From: Candidatus Latescibacterota bacterium
GTDB taxonomy: Bacteria > Latescibacterota > UBA2968 > UBA8231
Direction of reading: 5' to 3'
Assembly: GCA_965208105.1 (NCBI GenBank)
Contig: OZ242318.1
Coordinates: 3,968,001 to 4,032,000, forward strand
DNA: 64,000 nt
Numbering within the stretch: position 1 is the first letter of the stretch; the number at the start of each line of letters is the position of its first letter. The position numbers and the translations under genes were made by a program. This document shows, piece after piece, positions 29,703 to 37,886 of this stretch. The notes under the pieces were generated by a model. The model did no database searches, was not told the origin of the DNA, and saw only the letters and a list, made by a program, of their open reading frames with translations.

Positions 29703-30725
29703 ATGCTCCGCTCTCTCATGGTTCTGGCCATTTCAGCCGCAATGACAGGTCTCCTCGGAGCCCTGGACATCGAGGAGCAGTTGAGCCTGGAAAGAGAGCA
29801 GGACCTGGTCATCGAAGGCCGTGTCGACTGGGGAGAAAACCTGCTCATCGCCTACGGAGAAAGTGCTGCGACCGAGGCGTTGACCGATCCGGTACAGCGG
29901 CGCTTGATGGGGTTTCGCGCCGCCAAAGCGGCGGCTTACCGCAATCTGCTGGTGCTTGCCGGGGAGGTGCAGATTGACGCAGGGACCAAGGCAGGGGCGG
30001 CGATGGCGGGCAACGACACCCTGCGCTCGCGCATTGCCGCAATTGTCCGGGCTGCCCGTGTGAAACCCGGAAGCAATCGCGAAGTCGACGGAGCCTATCG
30101 CCTTGCCCTGCAACTCAATCTTCTCGACGATTTTGCCGATGCCGTGCTGTCCGTCCTGACATCCGACCCGCATGGATGGGCATTCGCATCAGGCTTGGCT
30201 GACACCCTGGCACCGTATATTCCGGCAGCGCCCTATAGCGGCCTGCTGGTCGATGCGCGCGGCCTCGCCGTGAGGCCCTGCATGGCACCGCGCATCCTTG
30301 GGAAGAACGGCGGTGTCCTCTACAGCGCCGGATCGGTCGAACGCCACCAGGCTACTCGCATGGGCGTGGTAGGATACTACGATGACATGGAGGAGGCTGC
30401 TTCCAGTGACCGCCTGGGAGGGGAGGAAGCAGATCCCCTGATTGTCAAAGCCGAGGAAGTAGCGGGATTATTCAACGGCGATGTGGTACTGGGCGACGAA
30501 GATGCCCTTCGCCTATACCTGGCCAGCGAAGAATCCAACTTGCTGGGCGGATGCCGGGTCGCTCTCGTTATTGGTCCGGAGCCGGTATCGATTGATTCAA
30601 CTTTGGCCGATTCCACCTTGCTGGACTCCACTCTTCTCGACTCCACCCTGCAGATTTTCCCTCACTTGGAGGAGAACATCCATGACCTTCCAGGAGAAGC
30701 TGGCGCAGGCAGTTGCCCGGAATAA
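29703..30725 (+). CDS. Exported protein (LPP20-like N-terminal region)
   Basis: Signal peptide; GRVDW, RAAK.AAYRNL, YSGLLVDARGL..RP.MAPRI; C-terminal DSTLx repeats. Confidence 0.7.
   Translation: MLRSLMVLAISAAMTGLLGALDIEEQLSLEREQDLVIEGRVDWGENLLIAYGESAATEALTDPVQRRLMGFRAAKAAAYRNLLVLAGEVQIDAGTKAGAAMAGNDTLRSRIAAIVRAARVKPGSNREVDGAYRLALQLNLLDDFADAVLSVLTSDPHGWAFASGLADTLAPYIPAAPYSGLLVDARGLAVRPCMAPRILGKNGGVLYSAGSVERHQATRMGVVGYYDDMEEAASSDRLGGEEADPLIVKAEEVAGLFNGDVVLGDEDALRLYLASEESNLLGGCRVALVIGPEPVSIDSTLADSTLLDSTLLDSTLQIFPHLEENIHDLPGEAGAGSCPE
30594..30653 (+). repeat. Four degenerate 15-bp tandem repeats encoding DSTLA-DSTLL-DSTLL-DSTLQ
   Basis: gattcaactttggcc gattccaccttgctg gactccactcttctc gactccaccctgcag. 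Confidence 0.85.
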
Positions 30726-31536
30726 CTCGCTGCTCTGCATCGGGCTGGACCCGGACCCGCGACAACTGCCGCAAAGGGCGCAAACCGAGGAGAATCCCGT
30801 CCTCTACTTCAATCGCCGGATTATAGAGGCCACCTCCGACCTGGTTTGCGCATACAAACCCAATTTCGCCTTCTATGGTGCTCTCGGGTCAGAGGGCTGG
30901 CCCACCCTGCGAGCGACCCTGTCCCATGTGCCTCCTTCCATTCCCATCGTCATCGACGCCAAGGTGGGAGATATCGGCTATACTGCGGAAAAGTACGCCA
31001 CCATGTTCTTCCATGAGCTCGGCGCCGATGCCGTGACGGCAAACCCCTACATGGGCGGGGACGCGGTAGCTCCCCTGCTGCAGTATGCGGACAAAGGCGT
31101 CTTTCTCCTCTGCCTGACTTCCAACGATGGAGCCCGGGACTTCGAAACGCTGTCGCTGGGGGACCGTCCACTCTACGAACATGTCGCCCTCAAGGCGGGA
31201 TCGTGGAATCGGAACGGCAACTGCGGATTGGTGGTTGGCGCCACCCGGTCAGATGCCATGGAGAAAATTCGCTCCCTGGCTCCAGATCTGCCTTTTCTCG
31301 TTCCTGGAGTTGGAGCTCAGGGCGGCGACCTGACGACTGCCGTGTCCTGCGGCCAGGATGGAGCCGGAGGTGGAGTGCTGATCAACGCTTCACGTTCCGT
31401 TCTCTACGCCGGGAATGGTGACGACTTCGCCATGCTTGCGCGCCAGGCGGCCTGCAAGTTGCGCGACGAGATAAACCGCTGTCGCACCCGAGTTGGGGAG
31501 GGGCTTGCGACCACGAGGATTGGTGTGTCAGGATGA
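30682..31536 (+). CDS. pyrF: Orotidine-5'-phosphate decarboxylase
   Basis: LCIGLDP, YKPNFAFY, DAKVGDIG.T (DxKxxD), LVVGAT, PGVGAQGG, NASRS. Confidence 0.96.
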   Translation: MTFQEKLAQAVARNNSLLCIGLDPDPRQLPQRAQTEENPVLYFNRRIIEATSDLVCAYKPNFAFYGALGSEGWPTLRATLSHVPPSIPIVIDAKVGDIGYTAEKYATMFFHELGADAVTANPYMGGDAVAPLLQYADKGVFLLCLTSNDGARDFETLSLGDRPLYEHVALKAGSWNRNGNCGLVVGATRSDAMEKIRSLAPDLPFLVPGVGAQGGDLTTAVSCGQDGAGGGVLINASRSVLYAGNGDDFAMLARQAACKLRDEINRCRTRVGEGLATTRIGVSG

Positions 31537-31560
31537 GCCCATCCCCGGTCGAGGAGCCGG

Positions 31561-31609
31561 AGGCCGGTTTCCATCTGTTCCGGGTGCGTCGTGGAGCGGC
31601 CTCGGTCTA
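31561..31609 (-). other. Distal part of an orphan IS1111-type non-coding (bridge RNA-like) scaffold
   Basis: Reverse complement TAGACCGAGGCCGCTCCACGACGCACCCGGAACAG aligns to the IS non-coding region from 32989 (TAGATTGAGGCCGCTCCGCGACGCACCCAGGACAG). Confidence 0.8.
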
Positions 31610-31723
31610 GACCTTATGTATTGACGGAGATATGAAAGACCTCCTCCGACTCGGTTGTCGGGGGTTATCTTTGGGAAAACGGAGTTCACCCAAAGACCTA
31701 TCCCCAGCGAGAAGGAGGAGGCC

Positions 31724-32863
31724 ATGCGTAAATCTACGAAATTCGTCGCCTTGGACATACATAAAGATTCGATCACCGTCGCCCTGGCCGGTGAAGGCCG
31801 AAAAGGGCCAGACCTGTATGGAACGATACCGTCTACGGGCGCCGCGTTGTCCAAGCTGGCGGGCCAACTGGCCCGTGGTGGGACCTCGTTGCGGTTTTGC
31901 TACGAGGCCGGACCCTGCGGCTACGGCGTCTACCGTCAGCTCACAGCCCTGGGGCACGCCTGCACGGTGGTGGCGCCCTCGCTGATCCCGCGTCGGCCGG
32001 GCGACCGCATCAAGACCGACCGCCGCGATGCTGTGTCTCTGGTGCGGCTTTTCCAACACGGCGAGTTGACCCCCGTGTGGGTGCCCGACGAAGCGCAGGA
32101 GGCGATGCGCGATCTGGAGCGCTGCCGGGAAGACTTCAAGCACGCCGAGCGCCGCGTGCGCCAGCGGCTGAACAGCTTCTTGCAGCGCCACGGCCGGATC
32201 TACTCCGGGCGCAGTCGCTGGACCCAAGCCCACTTTCGCTGGCTGCAGACCCAGCGCTTCGATCATCCGGCCCAGCAGATCGTCTTTCAGGAATACGTGG
32301 ACGCGGTACAGGAAGCCCAAGGTCGGATCCAGGGGTTGGACCAGGCCCTGCAGCAGGCGCTGGAGGGATGGTCTTTGGAAGGGGAGACGCGGGCTATGAG
32401 GGCGCTGCGCGGGGTAGACACGCTCACCGCGGTTACGACCCTGGCCGAGTTGGGGGACCTCACCCGCTTTGACTCGCCGCGCCAACTGATGGCCTTCGTC
32501 GGTCTGGTCCCCAGCGAGCATTCCAGCGGCTCCCGCCAAAAGCGAGGGGCGATCACCAAGGCGGGCAACGCCCACGTGCGGCGCGTGCTGGTGGAAGCCG
32601 CCTGGTGCTATCGCTTTCCCGCCCGCAAGACGGCCGCCTTGCAACGACGCGCCGAACAGACCGCACCCCCCATACAGGCCATCGCCTGGAAGGCACAGAA
32701 ACGCCTGTGTGGGCGCTATCGACGGCTGAGTGGGCGAGGGATGCCGAAAAACAAAGTCTGCACCGCGATCGCGCGGGAGCTTTTGGGTTTCATCTGGGCC
32801 ATCGCCTGGGAGCAGAAACGCCCCGGCCGCCTCGTGGCCAGGAGGCCTCGGATCGCCGCCTGA
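31724..32863 (+). CDS. IS110 family DEDD transposase/recombinase
   Basis: ALDIHK, CYEAG, KTDRRDA (DEDD) and GLVPSEHSSG (catalytic Ser); SD AAGGAGGAGG. Confidence 0.97.
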   Translation: MRKSTKFVALDIHKDSITVALAGEGRKGPDLYGTIPSTGAALSKLAGQLARGGTSLRFCYEAGPCGYGVYRQLTALGHACTVVAPSLIPRRPGDRIKTDRRDAVSLVRLFQHGELTPVWVPDEAQEAMRDLERCREDFKHAERRVRQRLNSFLQRHGRIYSGRSRWTQAHFRWLQTQRFDHPAQQIVFQEYVDAVQEAQGRIQGLDQALQQALEGWSLEGETRAMRALRGVDTLTAVTTLAELGDLTRFDSPRQLMAFVGLVPSEHSSGSRQKRGAITKAGNAHVRRVLVEAAWCYRFPARKTAALQRRAEQTAPPIQAIAWKAQKRLCGRYRRLSGRGMPKNKVCTAIARELLGFIWAIAWEQKRPGRLVARRPRIAA

Positions 32864-32916
32864 TAAGCTCATCGTCTCAGAAGCCGGCATAGGACCTTTG
32901 CTCATGTAAATCGAAA

Positions 32917-33086
32917 CGGGACAGAAGGGACCGGTCAGGAGAATCCTCGAAGACACTATGAGGCGCCTATCAGGCTGACCCTCGACTCTAGATTGAGGCC
33001 GCTCCGCGACGCACCCAGGACAGGCGGTAACCAACCCGCGAATATCAGTCGGATCAACCGTCGCTACAGCGTCCCTTCTGTTCCCG
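32917..33086 (+). ncRNA. Predicted bridge RNA/seekRNA of the IS1111 element
   Basis: Closing helix CGGGACAGAAGGGA/TCCCTTCTGTTCCCG. Loop 1 closed by CCTCGA/TTGAGG holds GACACT and TCTAG; loop 2 closed by GCGACG/CGTCGC holds ATATCAG. Ends are approximate. Confidence 0.75.
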
Positions 33087-33134
33087 AACAAACTCATGCA
33101 AAGATAACACCCGAAATGACCACCCCGGAGGGGG

Positions 33135-33140
33135 TTGACA
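33135..33140 (+). promoter_or_regulatory. Outward-facing -35 box at the IS right end (circle-junction promoter)
   Basis: TTGACA just inside the right IR. In the circle a weak -10 (GACCTT) falls at 17-nt spacing. Confidence 0.55.
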
Positions 33141-33157
33141 ACCGTCAATACATATCA

Positions 33158-33321
33158 GTGTCCCGTCGCAGAAATATGTCGCCATTTTTCCGCCGATCCA
33201 TCCCGGCTCACGGCGTTGCCTTCACTCGCCGTACACCACTGGTACGACTCGCTCAGGCGCCTTGTGAGCCGGGCGCCTCGGCGGCCCAATTGGGTCAACC
33301 TATCTCTGCGACGGGACACTA
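33158..33321 (-). mobile_element. MITE copy 4 (full, inverted); outer CTAG split by the IS1111
   Basis: GTGTCCCGTCGCAGAAAT...ATCTCTGCGACGGGACAC-TA. Removing the IS restores CTAGTGTCCCG. Confidence 0.92.
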
Positions 33322-33432
33322 ACTTCGAAGGTCAGCCTGAAGGGCGCCTCATAGTGCAGTCGAGGATTCTCCTGACCGGTCCCTTCTGTTCTCCTTCGAT
33401 CTACATGTTCAAGGTCCTATGCCTGGTTCTGA
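33320..33432 (-). other. Proximal part of the orphan bridge RNA-like scaffold
   Basis: Reverse complement shares ACAGAAGGGACCGGTCAGGAGAATCCTCGA, ATGAGGCGCC and TCAGGCTGACC with 32877-32990. Confidence 0.85.
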
Positions 33433-33567
33433 TCGGCTTGATGGGCCGCGCCGAGGCCCGGGAAATCGTGGGTCGCAACGCAACCGCCGGCAAGTTGGTG
33501 GTCGAGGTTCCATAAACGACCGGGTCTCACTGGTGATCTTTACACACTCCAACAAAGCAGGCAAACC

Positions 33568-34407
33568 ATGACTGAAGAAGAGTTGTACCTGTTCGATACG
33601 CTCGGTTTTCTCCGGGTGGAAAACGTGCTCGACGAGGAGACCGTTGCCCAAGCCCAAAGGGGGGCGCAGAAGATCGTTGACGACTGCGGGCACCTCCTGG
33701 AACAACCGCCGGGATCCGGCTACGGGGACAAGTACAAAAACGCGATTGTCCACGACAAGGTGTTGGAGCGGATCGCCTATTCGCCGGTCATGCTGGATTA
33801 CGCCTGCCACCTGACCAACAATATGCCGCGCCTCCTGGACGGCACCATGATGGTCCAGAATTCCGACCACGGGTTCCACAACTTCCATCTGCGCAAGGAT
33901 ATCCTCAGTGAAATGCACGAGGACGCCCCGCGCTTTTATACCGACGTGGTTCACCGCCGGATTTATTGTGACTGGGCCACCTTCTTCGTCTACCTGACCG
34001 ACGTGCGCCCGGGGGACGGGGGCCTGCTGGTGGTGCCCGGAGCCCACAGGGCCAGCTTCATCTATCCCCCCGAGCTGTTCTATGCGAAAGACGCCTATCC
34101 GGTGGACCCGGAAGAGCGTCAAAAACTGGGATTCATCAACGTCACCGCCAACGCGGGGGACATGATCATCATGCCGCTGCGCCTGAACCACGCGGCCCTG
34201 CCCTGGCTTCCGGTGGACCGGGACCGGATCTTGATGTTCTACACCTACCGGCCCCAGTTCTACTGCTCCGAGCCTACCGACCAATGGTTGGCCGCCGCCG
34301 CCGCCGCCGGCATCCAGCTGGATGCCGAGACCATCGAGCTGGCCTCGATGAAGGAGAAGGGAGAGCTGAAGGATATCGTCAAGAGCCACCTCGGCATCGA
34401 CGCATGA
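33568..34407 (+). CDS. PhyH family dioxygenase-like protein
   Basis: YLFDTLGFLRVENVL, YLTDV.PGDGGL.VVPGAH, AGDMIIM...HA, R.LMFY.Y. Confidence 0.85.
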   Translation: MTEEELYLFDTLGFLRVENVLDEETVAQAQRGAQKIVDDCGHLLEQPPGSGYGDKYKNAIVHDKVLERIAYSPVMLDYACHLTNNMPRLLDGTMMVQNSDHGFHNFHLRKDILSEMHEDAPRFYTDVVHRRIYCDWATFFVYLTDVRPGDGGLLVVPGAHRASFIYPPELFYAKDAYPVDPEERQKLGFINVTANAGDMIIMPLRLNHAALPWLPVDRDRILMFYTYRPQFYCSEPTDQWLAAAAAAGIQLDAETIELASMKEKGELKDIVKSHLGIDA

Positions 34408-34610
34408 GCCGGACGAAGGGCCCTTGGATCTTTCCGCGCGCCTGTGACAGCCATCCCGGCAACCCCTGCTCCTCCCGCTTCCGTCCGGCGGTCAACCGCA
34501 GGTGGGCGGCCATCAAGAAACAGATGTCCGCTATCGACGCCGCCTTCCTGCTCCACGGCGGCGGCCTGACCCGCGACGGCGAGACGCGCAAATGCGAATT
34601 CCGGTGGCTT
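34404..34610 (+). pseudogene. Truncated metallophosphoesterase-like fragment
   Basis: ATGA-coupled to the PhyH stop. CDSH (DxH) and LLHGGGLTRDG (degenerate GGDL), then similarity is lost; end approximate. Confidence 0.5.
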
Positions 34611-34702
34611 CGACGCACCTGTTCCGCTGAGCTGATCGTCAGACCGTGCCGTCTTCCAGATCGACCCGGGGACTCCCCCCAGCAACCACCTGCGGCGCCG
34701 GA

Positions 34703-36679
34703 ATGAAGCTGGAACCGAACCGGGATGAGACCCCTCGCATCACCCTGCGGGGGTTGGTTCTGGGCCTCCTGACCATTGCCGCCACCTTCTACTTTTACAT
34801 CGGCGAGATTCAGGGAACGGGGATGCTGGGCCATGCAGTGAGCTCCCAGCTTCCGGTGGTGGTGTACGTTCCCTTCGTCCTGTGGCTCTTCCTGAACGTA
34901 GTGGCGAAACATCTGTGTCCCCGGCTGGCGCTGCGCCGGGGGGAATTGCTGACCATCTTCGGGATGCTCTGGGTGGTGGGCACGATTCCGGGCTACGGCT
35001 GGATGGGGTACTGGGTGCTCACGCTGGCGGCGCCGGCGTTCTACGATTCCGCCGAAAATCAGTGGACTGAGATCCTTTTCGACTTCCTGCCCTGGCACGT
35101 CTTTCCCGACCCCTCGGCGCGGGTCATCGACACCTTCTGGCTCGGCCTGCCGGAAGGTGCGCCGGTGCCCTGGGACGGTTGGATCGGGGCGACGGGGCAG
35201 TGGTTGAGTGTTTCGGTGGCCATGGTTGGGTTCGGCCTCTGCATGGTTGTTCTGCTGCAAAGGCAATGGGAAGCCGGGGAGAAGTTGACCTTTCCCCTGG
35301 CGCAGCTCCCGTTGGACCTGACCGCCGGATTCGACGGCCCCCGCCGGATGCCGGCGATCTTCCACTCGCGTCTGTTCTGGATCGGATTCGCCGCTGTTTT
35401 CCTCCCCGTCCTGTACAACATCGCCACTTACTTCATGGCCGGCCTGCCGCGGATCGGCATCTACTGGGATCTCTACAACATCCGCCTGGGAGAGGGATTC
35501 CCGACTCTGCACTTTCGCATCATGCCGCTGGTGGTAGCGGTAACCTACCTCTGTCCCCTCGATATTCTGGCCAGCATGTTCCTCTTTCACCTCCTGGCGA
35601 TTCTCAAGGGGGCGGCCATGACGCGCATCGGCTTTACCGTCGGCACCTCCGGGGAGCCGCTGCATTGGAACGAGATCCTGCACCTGGAAAGTTATGGCGC
35701 CCTCATCTTCATTGGGCTCTGGACCATCTGGCTGGCCCGAGGGCATTTGCGCGCCGTCTGGCGGCAAGTGCGATCGGGCGCCGGCAGAGGTGCAGAGGTC
35801 TCCCGCTACCGCTGGGCGCTGTCCGGTTTGGCGATCAGCGGCGGCTATGTGCTGATCTGGATGGTGGCGATCGGCATTAGCCTGAAGGCGGCCCTGCTGA
35901 TTTTTTCCATAGCGGTCCTCACCTACCTGGTGGTAGTCAAACTGATCGCCGCAACCGGCTGCGCCTATCTGCTCACCGACCCCGGGCATATCAAGGGAAT
36001 CACCTTCGTAGACCAGCTGTTGGGCACCGCCCTCCTGTCCCCTCGCAGCTATGTCGGCTTCCGCCTGTTCAGCAGCACCACCTTTTTCGGCAACCTGCGC
36101 ATTCCTGCCTGGCCTTCCCTCCCCCACCTGCTGCGCATATTCTCCATGAAGCGACAACCGGGATGGATCACGGCACTGGTATTGGCCGCTTTCCCGGTGG
36201 GCTTTCTGGTGGCCGCATGGGCGACCCTGGAGATCGCCTACACCGAGCAGGCCCTGGTCTTCTTTTCCGACAGCGTCGCACCGGGATACAGCGAGACCGC
36301 GCGCAACCTGAACAACCCGAAAACATCCGATCTCGGACGGTGGCTCGTATTCCTCGCCGGCGTCGCGGAGTCGGCGGTGCTGGCCCTGTTGCGGGCGCGC
36401 TTCCACTGGTTTCCGTTGCACCCGCTCGGGGTCGCATTTCAGTACACCATCGTCGGCATCGTATTCTGGTTCAGCCTGTTTCTGGTTTGGGCGGTGAAGG
36501 TGTCGCTGTTGCGCTACGGAGGCAAAGCGGCCTACCTCGCCGGCAAGCCGTTCTTTTACGGCCTGGCGGTGGGGTACGTGAGCGGGATCATCCTCTCGGT
36601 CGGGGTCGACTTCATCTGGTTCCCCGCCGCCGGCCACAACGTCCATTCCTGGTTCGTCGAGATCAAGCCGTTGATCTAG
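34703..36679 (+). CDS. DUF6785/DUF6784-type polytopic membrane protein (putative transporter)
   Basis: ITLRGLVLG, L.RGELL, RQW...EKLTFPLAQLP, RF.WFPLHPLG, K..LLRYGG...Y...KPFF.GL. Confidence 0.8.
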   Translation: MKLEPNRDETPRITLRGLVLGLLTIAATFYFYIGEIQGTGMLGHAVSSQLPVVVYVPFVLWLFLNVVAKHLCPRLALRRGELLTIFGMLWVVGTIPGYGWMGYWVLTLAAPAFYDSAENQWTEILFDFLPWHVFPDPSARVIDTFWLGLPEGAPVPWDGWIGATGQWLSVSVAMVGFGLCMVVLLQRQWEAGEKLTFPLAQLPLDLTAGFDGPRRMPAIFHSRLFWIGFAAVFLPVLYNIATYFMAGLPRIGIYWDLYNIRLGEGFPTLHFRIMPLVVAVTYLCPLDILASMFLFHLLAILKGAAMTRIGFTVGTSGEPLHWNEILHLESYGALIFIGLWTIWLARGHLRAVWRQVRSGAGRGAEVSRYRWALSGLAISGGYVLIWMVAIGISLKAALLIFSIAVLTYLVVVKLIAATGCAYLLTDPGHIKGITFVDQLLGTALLSPRSYVGFRLFSSTTFFGNLRIPAWPSLPHLLRIFSMKRQPGWITALVLAAFPVGFLVAAWATLEIAYTEQALVFFSDSVAPGYSETARNLNNPKTSDLGRWLVFLAGVAESAVLALLRARFHWFPLHPLGVAFQYTIVGIVFWFSLFLVWAVKVSLLRYGGKAAYLAGKPFFYGLAVGYVSGIILSVGVDFIWFPAAGHNVHSWFVEIKPLI

Positions 36680-36753
36680 TGTCGCTTTGCTGTTTAGTTT
36701 TGTTGCGGTTGAGTCAAGTGCAACGCCAAACGCCATATGGAGGTGGCGCCAAA

Positions 36754-37815
36754 ATGGATGAAAACAGATACCCACTGCGCGCCATACCCGGTTATTACGC
36801 CGACCACCCAGGGATCCAGATTGGGACCTATGTCGTCCCCGACAGCGGCGACGACGAGTTGCGGCTGTTGCGGCAACTGGGAGTCGACTGGGCCATGGTC
36901 ACCCCCTACGACCGGAACAAACAATCCCTATCCCACTATCGCGCCTTCAAGGAACGGCTTGCCGACCACGGCCTCAAGATCTACCGCATCCACAACGAAA
37001 GTGTGCACAACTCCCCCGAAATCACCTTGAATCTGCCCGGCCGCGATGAAAAGGTCGAAGAGTTCATTCAATTTATCCGCGACATCGCCGCAGTGGGCAT
37101 CTATTACAACACCTACGCCCACATGGCGAACGGCACATGGAATTCCGGCGTCACCACCGGTCGTGGCGGCGTCGAGGCCCGCCACTTTGACCTGAAGGAC
37201 GCCCGGGGCAGTTGGGACGGCGTAGCCTACGAGGGTCCGTTTTCCCACGGCCGGGAGTACAGCGAGGAGGAGATCTGGGACAATTACGAGTACTTCATCC
37301 GCAAGATCGCTCCCGTGGCCGAACAGGAGGGCGTCTATATCGGCATCCACCCCGACGACCCGCCCATCTATCCGCTGGGAGGCGTGCCCCGGTGTATCTT
37401 CGGTGGGTTCGAGGGGTACAAGCGGGCTTTGGAGATCGCCGACAGCCCAAACATCGGTGTCTGCTTGTGCGTCGGCTGCTGGTTGGAGGGGGGAGCGGAG
37501 GCGATGGGAGCCAGCGTCGAAGAGGCGATTCGGTTCTTCGGCGGTCAGGGCAAGTTGTTCAAGGTCCACTTTCGCAACGTCTCCAACCCGCTGCCGGAGC
37601 CGTGGCGGGAGACCTTTATCGACGACGGCTATTACGACATGTATCGGGTCATGCAGGCCCTGCGGGACGTGGGCTTCGACGGGTGCGTCATTCCGGATCA
37701 CATCCCGGCCATGGTGGGCGGCCCGAGCGTCGGACTGGCCTATTCCATCGCCTACCTGCGCGCACTCGTGCAGGCGGCCCAGGGCGAGCGCGGTGAGGCG
37801 GCGGAAAGGGCCTGA
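36754..37815 (+). CDS. Mannonate dehydratase (UxuA) family
   Basis: IWDNYEYF...IAPVAE, IHPDDPP, KVHFRNV, ETFIDDG, PDH.P; SD GGAGGT. Confidence 0.88.
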   Translation: MDENRYPLRAIPGYYADHPGIQIGTYVVPDSGDDELRLLRQLGVDWAMVTPYDRNKQSLSHYRAFKERLADHGLKIYRIHNESVHNSPEITLNLPGRDEKVEEFIQFIRDIAAVGIYYNTYAHMANGTWNSGVTTGRGGVEARHFDLKDARGSWDGVAYEGPFSHGREYSEEEIWDNYEYFIRKIAPVAEQEGVYIGIHPDDPPIYPLGGVPRCIFGGFEGYKRALEIADSPNIGVCLCVGCWLEGGAEAMGASVEEAIRFFGGQGKLFKVHFRNVSNPLPEPWRETFIDDGYYDMYRVMQALRDVGFDGCVIPDHIPAMVGGPSVGLAYSIAYLRALVQAAQGERGEAAERA

Positions 37816-37886
37816 TGCCGGAGCCGATGAAGGATTGGGACCGACCGCACTTCAAGCTCCTCGACGCCACACGGGGAGCTGGGACC

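Larger units (their letters stand above)
31609..33156 (+). mobile_element. IS110 family, IS1111-group insertion sequence (1548 bp)
   Basis: Sub-terminal IRs ATGTATTGACGG (31616-31627, 7 bp inside the left end) and CCGTCAATACAT (33142-33153, 3 bp inside the right end). AG core repeated at 31609-10 and 33157-58. Long 3' non-coding region. Confidence 0.92.

Noticed and set aside
31607-33148. 513-aa antisense ORF spanning the IS
   Set aside because: Shadow frame of a GC-rich transposase gene; no recognisable motifs.
34291-34308. (GCC)6 tract as a phase-variation site
   Set aside because: In-frame poly-Ala in a high-GC gene; slippage would not shift the frame.
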